Shown: positions 30,305-39,050, numbered from the stretch's first letter. The stretch is 64,000 nucleotides of DNA from Halobacteriovoraceae bacterium (GCA_963719505.1 CAVRCF010000005.1:416001-480000); one strand, 5' to 3'. The notes: generated by a model not told the origin, from the letters alone. Numbers and translations are program-made.

Positions 30305-30438
30305 TTTCAACTCCTAAATTGATTATATCAGATTTAAGAATTGACCTATTTTCAGGGCTTTAAATAAGTATGTTGGACTCCGATATTACGACCGCAGTCC
30401 AAAGATATGTACTATTAATAACTAAAAGCTCAATCATC

Positions 30439-31248
30439 ATGCCTCGAACTTCTTCTCCAATGTTTATTTCCTTTCAAAACTTAGCTAATGAACTTGATAA
30501 ATTCTTTACGGAGGAATGGAATAAACTGGTATTCAAAAATGAGTTTTTACATACCAAAGAAAAGGATAAGATCCTTTTAGCAAATATTAGGTTAGACTTA
30601 GAAGAATGCTCTCATGCTTTTTTTATGCTCTATAATAGCTTGTTAAAGCTTCGAAAAGATCAACAACTCATCCTAATAGAGAAAACGAGTTATTCTCTTC
30701 AAAAAAGAATGCAAAAAACCCAAAGATTAGTAGCTGAATCCACTGTCCTAATAAAATCAATTTATAATTTATTTTTTTCAATAAGAGAGATGCTTTCAAG
30801 TTCTCCAAAGCTTAAAGAACTTTTAACTCCATCAACACTTATTGAATTAGATAGAGTTTGCGAATTTAGATCAAAGCTAATAGTTCATAAACAGGATCAA
30901 AAGCTATTTACTGGCTCAGCAAGAAAATATAATACTGAGGACTTGAATATCACCTTACAAATAGGACAATACACTCCAAGGGGTAAAGAGGTATACGGCC
31001 AGTGTAAGAAGCTTTATGAGAGTTCTCAGAAGTTCTTCCATATAGAAGATCAGAATTATGATAACTATTATGAAATAGCCGATATGCTATACAAAAATTT
31101 AAGCTTAGTCCCTAAACATCTTAAATCCGATGTTAAAGGATTCATCGCAGCTTACGGAGTATGTTCTGATCCTCCCCTAAAGCTTGGTGAGCTTTTAAGA
31201 AACCTCGTATTTGAATATTTTAGATTTGTAAAAGAGCTACAAGATTAA
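30439..31248 (+). CDS. Hypothetical helical protein with HEPN-like RxxxxxH motif (start 30439 or 30460)
   Basis: ELDRVCEFRSKLIVHK; the listed ATG at 30370 lies inside the IS inverted repeat. Confidence 0.6.
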   Translation: MPRTSSPMFISFQNLANELDKFFTEEWNKLVFKNEFLHTKEKDKILLANIRLDLEECSHAFFMLYNSLLKLRKDQQLILIEKTSYSLQKRMQKTQRLVAESTVLIKSIYNLFFSIREMLSSSPKLKELLTPSTLIELDRVCEFRSKLIVHKQDQKLFTGSARKYNTEDLNITLQIGQYTPRGKEVYGQCKKLYESSQKFFHIEDQNYDNYYEIADMLYKNLSLVPKHLKSDVKGFIAAYGVCSDPPLKLGELLRNLVFEYFRFVKELQD

Positions 31249-31260
31249 AAAAGAAAAAAA

Positions 31261-31851
31261 TTAGTCAAAAAGCTCTTCTTCAAACCATAAGAAATTTTTA
31301 TTCACAAAGTTTGGATCAAAAGTATATGGGTTATAAAAACCACCTAACCAAGTGATCAGTTCATCTTTTTCTTCAGAATCCTCTCCTAATAAAGTCGACT
31401 TTAAACTTTCAAAGCCACCGATTCCACCGCAATCTTCAGGAGGACAGGCATTCTCCCCTCCGATACAAACGGGATAATTCATTCGTCGATCAGTTTCGAG
31501 AACATTTGTAATCTCCACTTTATGAATCCAATCGTCTCCAAAGTCATATGTGTAAGAAAATTCTTTAGATTCACCTAAAACTTCACAAAGTAAAATTCCT
31601 TCAGCATTATGCGTATCATCCATTTCCAAAGCTGATTCCGGGTCTGAGTATGACTTATTATTAATATCTAGGACGAAAAGGTGAGAATCTTGCCAGCCCA
31701 TAGTCATTTGAATAAGCATATGTAGCTCATAGAGCTCAATCACTTCATGAGCGAGAACTTTTCTCCACACAAGGGGATTGGTCTCATTAAGAGAGATCGT
31801 CAGTTCAAGTACTCTAGGGTTCTTTGGTAGTTTTTTTATTTTATTGGCCAT
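31261..31851 (-). CDS. Plasmid pRiA4b ORF-3 family protein
   Basis: PLVWRKV, LHMLIQMTMGWQDSHL, YTYDFGDDWIH, GENACPPEDCGG. Confidence 0.92.
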   Translation of the reverse strand: MANKIKKLPKNPRVLELTISLNETNPLVWRKVLAHEVIELYELHMLIQMTMGWQDSHLFVLDINNKSYSDPESALEMDDTHNAEGILLCEVLGESKEFSYTYDFGDDWIHKVEITNVLETDRRMNYPVCIGGENACPPEDCGGIGGFESLKSTLLGEDSEEKDELITWLGGFYNPYTFDPNFVNKNFLWFEEELFD

Positions 31852-32059
31852 AAGAACTTATATCAAATAGATCTAAAAGTGTCATCCACTTACCTCGCAG
31901 GGTTATTTCAAGAAGAGAGATTAATAATATTCATACTTAACCAAGCTAAATATAAATACACAAATGGCTTAATAAATCCCCATAAAATATTCCATAAGTG
32001 ATTTGTCATCAATAAAAAGATACTTTTTATATTCGTTAATATTTTCATAGTTTTATCCC

Positions 32060-33106
32060 TTATAAAAAATTCAAATTAATAGTAATCCCCTGAATATGAA
32101 TCCCAGACTTCCTAATATAAATTTGCATGGTCTTCAAATCCTTCCATCCTCCCATGGCCATCACCTTAATGGGCTCTACACCTTTTGAAAGCTTAACGGT
32201 TGCCCAAGAAGCTCTTAGGTCATGAAAGCGATTGAGGGGAAGATTACATTCACTAAGAAATGCTTTTAAAGTGATTGCTTGCGATCCTGTCTCCCAATCC
32301 CTAAGTCTTGGTAGAATAAACTCATCAACTGATTTTTCTTTTAACTCTTGAATAAGTGTAATAAGGCTTGGTGCAATTTCAACAACCCTATCATTACCAG
32401 ATTTAGTTTCCTTAAACCCATTTATCTTATTCCAAGAAAGAGTTATATAAATTAGCCTCTTTTTTAAATCGACGTTCTCCCACTTAAGAGCGTAAAGCTC
32501 CCCATTTCTAAGTCCGGTGTAACAAGCCAATGTCCATACAGAAAACCACACATGATCCTGCTCCCTAGCCTTTTGAAGAAAAATCCTGATCTCTTTTTCA
32601 TTAAGTACCTTCTTAATTTTTTCACTCTTCTTAAATTTTAATTTTGGACAAGGATCTTTTGGAATAATGTCATGTTCTACTGCATATCTAAATATTGCTC
32701 GAAGATACTTAAGCATATTTTTTCTATGGGCCTCTGAAAACTTTCCCATATCTTCTTGAATAAAATCTCGAAGCTCTGCGGTTGAAAATTCATTGACTCT
32801 TTTTTTATTCCAAAGGTGAAAGATATTAGCTTCTATGCACTGCTTGTAAGGTTGAAGAGTATTCTTAGCAATTCCGCAGTTTGCGTAGTATTCCAAAAAT
32901 TTTTCTACAAGATCAGGCCACAAGGGATAAAGATTTTCATTGAACTTTTCCCCTAGTCTAATAATTAGCTCTTTGTAGACCTTTTGCGCTTCGGCCTTAG
33001 ACTGAATTCCTTGTCTTCTTAAGCTCCTTGGAATTCGAGTTATAGGGTGTCTTCTGCTATAGGTAACAATATAATATTTCTTTTCTACGTCGTATTTAAT
33101 TCCCAT
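32060..33106 (-). CDS. Tyrosine recombinase / integrase
   Basis: Catalytic set R (GLRNGE), K (TKS), HxxR (FHDLR), W (MGGW), Y (TMQIY); short N-terminal arm-binding-like domain. Confidence 0.93.
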   Translation of the reverse strand: MGIKYDVEKKYYIVTYSRRHPITRIPRSLRRQGIQSKAEAQKVYKELIIRLGEKFNENLYPLWPDLVEKFLEYYANCGIAKNTLQPYKQCIEANIFHLWNKKRVNEFSTAELRDFIQEDMGKFSEAHRKNMLKYLRAIFRYAVEHDIIPKDPCPKLKFKKSEKIKKVLNEKEIRIFLQKAREQDHVWFSVWTLACYTGLRNGELYALKWENVDLKKRLIYITLSWNKINGFKETKSGNDRVVEIAPSLITLIQELKEKSVDEFILPRLRDWETGSQAITLKAFLSECNLPLNRFHDLRASWATVKLSKGVEPIKVMAMGGWKDLKTMQIYIRKSGIHIQGITINLNFL

Positions 33107-33117
33107 GGGTCATCTCC

Positions 33118-33480
33118 TTAATTTTCTAAGAACGTCATTAAAAATGCTTTCACAGTTTTTAATTTTTGATCATCAAGACGTTTAATAATGGAGATGCACT
33201 CACTTCTATTGTGCTCAGGGATTTTAAAATTCCCTTTAAGCATTCCTTCAAATTGCTCATAGCTGTATCCATAAGAATCTAGGAATTTTAAAATAAGCCC
33301 ATGACTTAGATCCATTCTTCCATTTTCAGCATGATTGACTTGAGTGCTAGAAATCCCAACAAGGTCTGCTGCCTTTCTCATAGAGAGGCTTCTGGACTCT
33401 CTAAGGTAGGCCAGTAATCTTCCCTCTGGTGTTTCGATTTTAGTGTCGCTTCTGCGAAACTTTTTCTTTTTTGGTTTCAT
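33118..33480 (-). CDS. Xre-family HTH regulator, in an operon with the integrase
   Basis: LRESRSLSMRKAADLVGISSTQVNHAENG; GGAGGA RBS. Confidence 0.9.
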   Translation of the reverse strand: MKPKKKKFRRSDTKIETPEGRLLAYLRESRSLSMRKAADLVGISSTQVNHAENGRMDLSHGLILKFLDSYGYSYEQFEGMLKGNFKIPEHNRSECISIIKRLDDQKLKTVKAFLMTFLEN

Positions 33481-33519
33481 GAAATCCTCCTTCTAAACCG
33501 GTTTGAAAAAGTGCTTTGG

Positions 33520-33589
33520 CTACACTGAGTAGTTTTTTAATTACGATTACTTAGCTATTCATTTTGAGGGTCTAACTACACTGAGTAGT
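33520..33589. promoter_or_regulatory. Two identical 14-bp quasi-palindromes, putative Xre operators
   Basis: CTACACTGAGTAGT at 33520-33533 and 33576-33589, upstream of xre-int. Confidence 0.55.
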
Positions 33590-33872
33590 CTTTTTCATTT
33601 GTAGCTGAAATCAAAAATAGCTACAAATAGCCACATCGGGACAGTTTCGGACTGTTCAAAACAGGTCGAGCTCCCGCAAAATAGCGTAAGCTACCGTAAT
33701 TAAGTAGTTGATTTTAATAAAGATTTAAGAAAAAGGAGGTCCACCATCCCCTGCGGATGGTGGAAACTATTAGAATTGAACCGCCAGCTATACAGTTTCA
33801 CAAAAACAGAACTACGTGAGTAGTTTGAATCAAAACATATAACCAAGTTTAGACTCGAGAAAGAGAGCTTGA

Positions 33873-33901
33873 TTTACATCTAGGCCACAATGCAGTATAA
33901 A
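33873..33901 (+). promoter_or_regulatory. Island-borne replacement promoter for prfC
   Basis: TTTACA-N17-TATAAA; 25 of 28 nt identical to 24320-24347. Confidence 0.65.
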
Positions 33902-33965
33902 TTATTATGGAAAAAATAGAGAAACATGATGTTTGTTACAACCAAATGGACTAATTTTGGAGCTT

Positions 33966-34020
33966 AAAAAACCACATAAAAACAACATACAAAATAAAAA
34001 AACCACATAAAAACAACATA
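33966..34020 (+). repeat. Two copies of a 24-bp repeat, putative integrase arm-type sites (right end)
   Basis: AAAAAACCACATAAAAACAACATA at 33966-33989 and 33997-34020. Confidence 0.7.
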
Positions 34021-34131
34021 AAAACGATAAAAACAGATAAATATAAATAAACACCGGCAACAGATACAAAGCTTCAAAGCTCAGCAATAAAGGTCGCATA
34101 GAGCATTTAAAGACTATAGGAATACAATTAT

Positions 34132-35743
34132 ATGAAAGATATACTCTCACGCTGCACATTTGCCATAATTTCCCACCCCGATGCGGGTAAGACAACTGTC
34201 ACGGAGAAACTCTTGTGGTTTGGTGGTGTTGTTCGCGAAGCTGGAAAAGTAAAGGCCAAGCACGGTGAATTTGCAAAGTCGGACTGGATGCAAATGGAGC
34301 AAGATCGAGGAATCTCAATAACTTCAACTGTTATGAGTTATCACTATAACGACCGTGCCGTTCACCTCCTGGATACTCCAGGACACAAGGATTTCTCTGA
34401 AGATACCTATAGAACTCTAACTGCAGTTGAGTCTGTCCTTATGATGATCGACAGTGCCAAAGGAGTTGAGGGCCAGACTGAAAAACTGATGGAAGTTTGT
34501 CGTTTGCGTGACACTCCTATTGTCACGTTTATGAACAAGTTTGACCGCGACTCCCTTGATCCATTTGAACTGCTGGATAATGTTGAGCAAAAACTCTCCA
34601 TTCAATGTGTTCCTATGACTTGGCCTATCGGAGACGGTGTCGACTTCAAAGGTGTTTACGATTTCAAAACTAAAATGATTCGCTCATTTGGAAATAAAAG
34701 AGATCCCTTTAACCCAACTATTGTTGATGCGAGTGATTTAGATTGTGCTGATCTTCTAAAATTCTTAGGACCAGTTCTTACAGATAAACTCAAAGAAGAT
34801 TTACAAATGGCCAATGAGCTTATTCGAGCCTTTTAACGAGGAACTCTACCTCTCAGGTATTCAAACTCCGGTTTTTTTTGGATCGGCTCTCTTTAACTTT
34901 GGTGTCAAAGAAGTGCTCGATATGATCACAAATCATGCACCAACTCCCAGACAAAGAGTGGTTAGACTCAAGCCCTATGACCATGACGCTGAAACGCAAG
35001 TTATTAAACCAGATCATAAAAATTTCTCCGGCTTTATTTTTAAAATTCAGGCCAATATGGATAAAAATCACAGAGACCGAATTGCTTTTATGCGAGTATG
35101 TTCTGGTATCTTTAAGAGAAACACAAAGATTCATCACGTCAGAACTGAAAAAGAAATTAAAATACCAAGCCCTCAAATATTTCAAGCCCGAGACAGAGAA
35201 CTTGTTGAAGAGGCTTACCCTGGTGATATCATCGGTATCCACGACACTGGAAAATTCCAAATTGGTGACACTTTTACAGAGGGAGAGAAGTTTCAATACA
35301 CAGGAATCCCCTCTTTCGCTCCTGAGCTTTTCAGAAGTGTTGCTCTAAAAGATCCACTTAAGGCCAAGCACCTTGATAAGGGACTAAGACAATTAAGTGA
35401 AGAAGGTGCCACTCAACTTTTTATTCGTCCCTCTACTGGTGCGAAGATGCTTGGGGCCGTTGGTATCCTTCAATTTGAGGTCGTAAAGTTTAGGTTGGAA
35501 GATGAATACAATGTGAAAGCCGACTACGAGGGAACTCCCTTTTCAGGTGTTAGGTGGCTTCGTTTTGATAATGCAAAAGCTCAAGACGATTTCGAGTCGA
35601 ATTATTCTGGAAATATTCTTTTGGATGGTAAAGATAGAATTTGCTACGGTGTAAAGTCAGACTGGGACTTAAAGCTCGCTATGGAGAAAAGTCCCAAAGT
35701 TAAGTTTTATAAAAACTCAGACTATATTGAAAATCATCACTAA
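34132..35743 (+). CDS. prfC: Peptide chain release factor 3, split by a +1 frameshift near 34822-34836; first codons supplied by the island
   Basis: [35 protein letters not shown] in ORF1; [29 protein letters not shown] in ORF2; joined length ~536 aa. Confidence 0.93.
34148..34166 (+). repeat. attR core direct repeat inside prfC codons 6-12
   Basis: CACGCTGCACATTTGCCAT, identical to 24401-24419. Confidence 0.9.
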
Positions 35744-35752
35744 AAAAACTCT

Positions 35753-36760
35753 TTAAACTTTCCACGTCTCCCCAGACATAAGAAGATCTTTAACCGAGCC
35801 CGCACCTTTTGAAGACTTTTGCTCTTGGAGCTGGTCGTGAAAAACTTCGTCGTAGGTTGGCGTTGAGTTACTTGATTTAATGACTCCAAGAGGAACTGGC
35901 GCATCTGCTCTACTCAGACTTGTCAGCATTTGAATCAGACCATCATTGGTTGGATCGTGCTTAACGAGCTTGTCCTCAGAGTATCCATCAGCCAGATTAA
36001 CGGTTTTTAAAGCGAAGTCTTCAAAGATTAAACCCTTATCATTATCCTTGCCATAAATCATGGGCTTGCCAGCTTCAAGACGAAGAGAATAATCATCTCT
36101 TGTCGCTCGGTTGGTGTATTTGTCGTGAACCTTATCGTTGAAGATAACGCAGTTTTGATAGACTTCAATAACAGAAGTTCCCTCATGGGCCTGTGCCTCT
36201 TTGAAAACTTCAATCATATGCTTAGGATCAGTATCAATCGTTCGAGCATAAAAAGTTGAACCACACCCAAGAGCAAATTTAGCTGGTGAAAAAGCGCGAT
36301 CAAGGGATCCGTAGGGTGTTGATTTCGTTTTTAATCCAGGAGCTGACGTGGGTGAATATTGACCTTTAGTAAGTCCATAGATCTCATTATTAAAAAGGAT
36401 GATATTCACATTAACATTTCTTCTAATGATATGGGCGAGATGATTTCCACCGATACTTAGACCGTCACCGTCCCCTGTAATGACCCAAACTGAAAGGTCT
36501 GGATTATGCAGTTTTAATCCTGTGGCAAATCCAGGAGCTCTTCCGTGAATTGAATGCATCCCATAGGTTCCCATATAATAAGGAAAACGAGATGAACAAC
36601 CAATACCTGAAATAACTGCAACGTTATGAGGCTCAACACCAATTTGGGCCATCGCCATTTGCGTTGCCGATAAAATGGCATAGTCACCACAACCGGGACA
36701 CCACTTAACGGCTTGGCTATTTGTAAAATCTTTTTTTGTTAATTTAACTTTTTCAGTCAT
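35753..36760 (-). CDS. korB: 2-oxoacid:ferredoxin oxidoreductase beta subunit
   Basis: WCPGCGD, SGIGCSSR, TPP motif GDGD...NN, YGLTKGQYSPT. Confidence 0.93.
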   Translation of the reverse strand: MTEKVKLTKKDFTNSQAVKWCPGCGDYAILSATQMAMAQIGVEPHNVAVISGIGCSSRFPYYMGTYGMHSIHGRAPGFATGLKLHNPDLSVWVITGDGDGLSIGGNHLAHIIRRNVNVNIILFNNEIYGLTKGQYSPTSAPGLKTKSTPYGSLDRAFSPAKFALGCGSTFYARTIDTDPKHMIEVFKEAQAHEGTSVIEVYQNCVIFNDKVHDKYTNRATRDDYSLRLEAGKPMIYGKDNDKGLIFEDFALKTVNLADGYSEDKLVKHDPTNDGLIQMLTSLSRADAPVPLGVIKSSNSTPTYDEVFHDQLQEQKSSKGAGSVKDLLMSGETWKV

Positions 36761-36762
36761 AT

Positions 36763-38613
36763 CTAACCTTTAACCTTTTTAAGAGCCTCAAGCTTGCTGT
36801 CCATCATGCCAACAAGTTCTCTGATCATAAAAGGTTTACCTTGCATTTTATTATACCCTGAAGCCGAGCAATTAAAATTTTTATTAAGAAGGTCTTTCAT
36901 TTGTCCGCCGTTGAGTTCACACACGACAATTTTTTTAAAACCTTTAAGAATCGACTCCACATTTGTAGGCATTGGACTTATGTACTTAATATGCATAAGA
37001 CTCACGCTCTCGCCTTTCTCTCTCATTTGACTAACGGCTTGGTAAGTTGCTCCGTAGGTTCCTCCCCACGAGACAATTAACAGATCCCCCGTCTCTTTAC
37101 CAAACACAACTTGCTTGGGAATATTATGGGCCACAAGATCAACTTTCTTTTGCCTAATCGCAATCATATTCTCATGATTTTCTGGATCGTATGAGACATT
37201 TCCAGTCTCTTCTTCTTTCTCAAGTCCACCCACTCTGTGCATAAGGTTTTCCATTCCTGGAATTGCCCATGTTCTCACAAGATTCTCATCTCGCTTGTAA
37301 GGAAGGTACGTTTCTTTATTTTCATAGTCTTTTGGATTGACCATTTTAGTTTTGATTTCTTTAAAAGTTGAAAGATCTGGAATCTTCCAAGGCTCACTAC
37401 CATTGGCGATATAACCGTCACTTAACAACACGGCCGGAGTCATATGCTCAAGACTTAATCTCGCGGCTTCATAAGCCATCGTAAAACAGTCACTTGGGTG
37501 AGCAGGAGCAACAACAATCATCGGACTCTCTCCGTTTCTTCCGTAGAGGGCCATATTGAGATCAGACTGCTCAGTCTTTGTCGGCAACCCAGTTGAAGGT
37601 CCACCCCTTTGCACATCAATCACAACGAGAGGAAGCTCAAGCATCATGGCCAAATTCATAGCTTCACTTTTTAAAGCTATTCCAGGTCCACTTGATGTTG
37701 TTATCGCTAGTGCACCACCAAAGCTCGCTCCGATACTTGAGCAGACAGCCGCAATTTCATCTTCGGCTTGAAAGGTTTTAACACCGTGATTTTTGTGTTT
37801 ACTCAACTCATGCAAAATATCTGAAGCCGGAGTGATAGGATAAGAACCTAAATAGAGTTCAAGTCCGGCTTTTTCCGCCGCTAACATAAAACCCCATGAA
37901 AGGGCTGTATTCCCATTGATCTGCCTATATGTTCCAGGCTCTATTGATGCAGGTTTTACTTGAAAACGATCACCGATGGCCTCAATAGTTTCGGCAAAGT
38001 GAAAACCAGCTTGAAGTGCCGTAATATTGGCTTCGATGAGTACATCTTTATTTTTAAATTTTTCTTTAATCCATTTTTTTGTCGGCTCAAGATCACGAGC
38101 ATACATAAAGAAAGTCATACCAAGAGCGTAAAAGTTTTTACATCGCTCTTTGCTTTTAGCATCGAGCTCAGACTCTTTTAAAGCTTCTTTGGTTTGGCTA
38201 GAGATGTGAGCGCGAATAACTTGATACTGCTCGTACTGAGGAGTATCGAGAGGGTTTGATTCAAATTCAGCTTTTTTAAAGTTTAAATCAGTAAAGGCAT
38301 CGATATTAACAATTAATGTTCCACCTAAACGAAGATCAGCGATATTGGCCTTTAAAGCGGCTGGATTCATGGCCACTAAAACATCTGGCTCATCACCTGG
38401 AGTATTAATTTCAACTGATCCAATATTGACCTGAAAGCCCGAAACTCCTGCAACAGTTCCTTGTGGGGCCCGTATCTCGGCTGGAAAATCTGGAAAAGTG
38501 GCAATATCATTTCCCATAAGAGCTGAGGTATTTGAAAACTGAGTTCCCGTCAGCTGCATCCCATCTCCTGAGTCTCCAGAGAATCTTACAACGACACTTT
38601 CTATCTGCTTCAT
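36763..38613 (-). CDS. korA: 2-oxoacid:acceptor oxidoreductase alpha subunit
   Basis: GDSGDGMQLTG, PAEIRAP, YPITPAS, QAEDEIAA, QRGGPSTGLPTK. Confidence 0.93.
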   Translation of the reverse strand: MKQIESVVVRFSGDSGDGMQLTGTQFSNTSALMGNDIATFPDFPAEIRAPQGTVAGVSGFQVNIGSVEINTPGDEPDVLVAMNPAALKANIADLRLGGTLIVNIDAFTDLNFKKAEFESNPLDTPQYEQYQVIRAHISSQTKEALKESELDAKSKERCKNFYALGMTFFMYARDLEPTKKWIKEKFKNKDVLIEANITALQAGFHFAETIEAIGDRFQVKPASIEPGTYRQINGNTALSWGFMLAAEKAGLELYLGSYPITPASDILHELSKHKNHGVKTFQAEDEIAAVCSSIGASFGGALAITTSSGPGIALKSEAMNLAMMLELPLVVIDVQRGGPSTGLPTKTEQSDLNMALYGRNGESPMIVVAPAHPSDCFTMAYEAARLSLEHMTPAVLLSDGYIANGSEPWKIPDLSTFKEIKTKMVNPKDYENKETYLPYKRDENLVRTWAIPGMENLMHRVGGLEKEEETGNVSYDPENHENMIAIRQKKVDLVAHNIPKQVVFGKETGDLLIVSWGGTYGATYQAVSQMREKGESVSLMHIKYISPMPTNVESILKGFKKIVVCELNGGQMKDLLNKNFNCSASGYNKMQGKPFMIRELVGMMDSKLEALKKVKG

Positions 38614-38729
38614 AGCAATTCCTATTTTCTTTAAATTACATATCCTTAGAGTATGGAATATAGGAAATTTTTAAGGGATTGTCTGTAGTAAATAGGGTCT
38701 GAGAGGGAAATTTGATGAGATATCCAAGC

Positions 38730-39050
38730 TTAATCTTGCTCGCGGGTAAACTTTCGGGAATATTCTAACTTTTGAAGCTGTCTCGAAATGATGAGTCTGG
38801 CCAGTTCATCTGAGACTCGGCCAATTTCACCCAAATCAAAGGCTTTTGAACTCATCGCATCATCAACATCAATTCGATACAAAACTTGCATTAATTTATC
38901 AATATCAGTTCTAATAAAAAATTTTATCCTCTCAGATAGCTTTAACTGAAGATGATTTAAAAAGGCACTTTCCGTATCCAGCTGCCCATCTTTAAGATCC
39001 ACAGAGAAATTACTTTCTATAATTCTTAAAAGCTCACTATTGATCGTCAC
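38730..39050 (-). CDS. Conserved hypothetical protein
   Basis: 106 aa, LMQVLYRIDV motif; GAGG RBS; overlaps the upstream gene end. Confidence 0.7.
   Translation of the reverse strand: MTINSELLRIIESNFSVDLKDGQLDTESAFLNHLQLKLSERIKFFIRTDIDKLMQVLYRIDVDDAMSSKAFDLGEIGRVSDELARLIISRQLQKLEYSRKFTREQD

Larger units (their letters stand above)
29054..30401 (-). mobile_element. IS3-family insertion sequence (1348 bp)
   Basis: 32-bp imperfect terminal IRs TGGACTGCGGTCGT...ATCGGA..CCAACAT with TG...CA ends; orfA/orfB layout; no target duplication. Confidence 0.93.
24401..34166. mobile_element. Integrative genomic island inserted in the 5' end of prfC
   Basis: 19-bp direct repeats at both ends, tyrosine integrase plus Xre gene near the right end, arm-like repeats inside both ends, accessory cargo. 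Confidence 0.88.

Noticed and set aside
30370-30438. Listed start of the 292-aa ORF
   Set aside because: The ATG lies inside the IS3 terminal repeat, so the first residues are IS-derived.
33757-33819. Small ORF MVETIRIEPPAIQFHKNRTT after AAGGAGGT
   Set aside because: The SD is 16 nt away and the peptide resembles the antisense translation of a tRNA/tmRNA 3' end.
33758-33830. Intact tRNA or tmRNA gene
   Set aside because: T-stem does not pair and no matching 5' acceptor strand was found; kept only as a possible relic.
33966-34045. Repeats as a mini CRISPR array or iterons
   Set aside because: Only two 24-mers 7 nt apart, no spacers, no cas or rep gene; better explained as att arm sites.
33905-34195. 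96-aa minus-strand hydrophobic ORF
   Set aside because: Translation of the A-rich att-arm repeats and antisense prfC; composition explained by the repeats.
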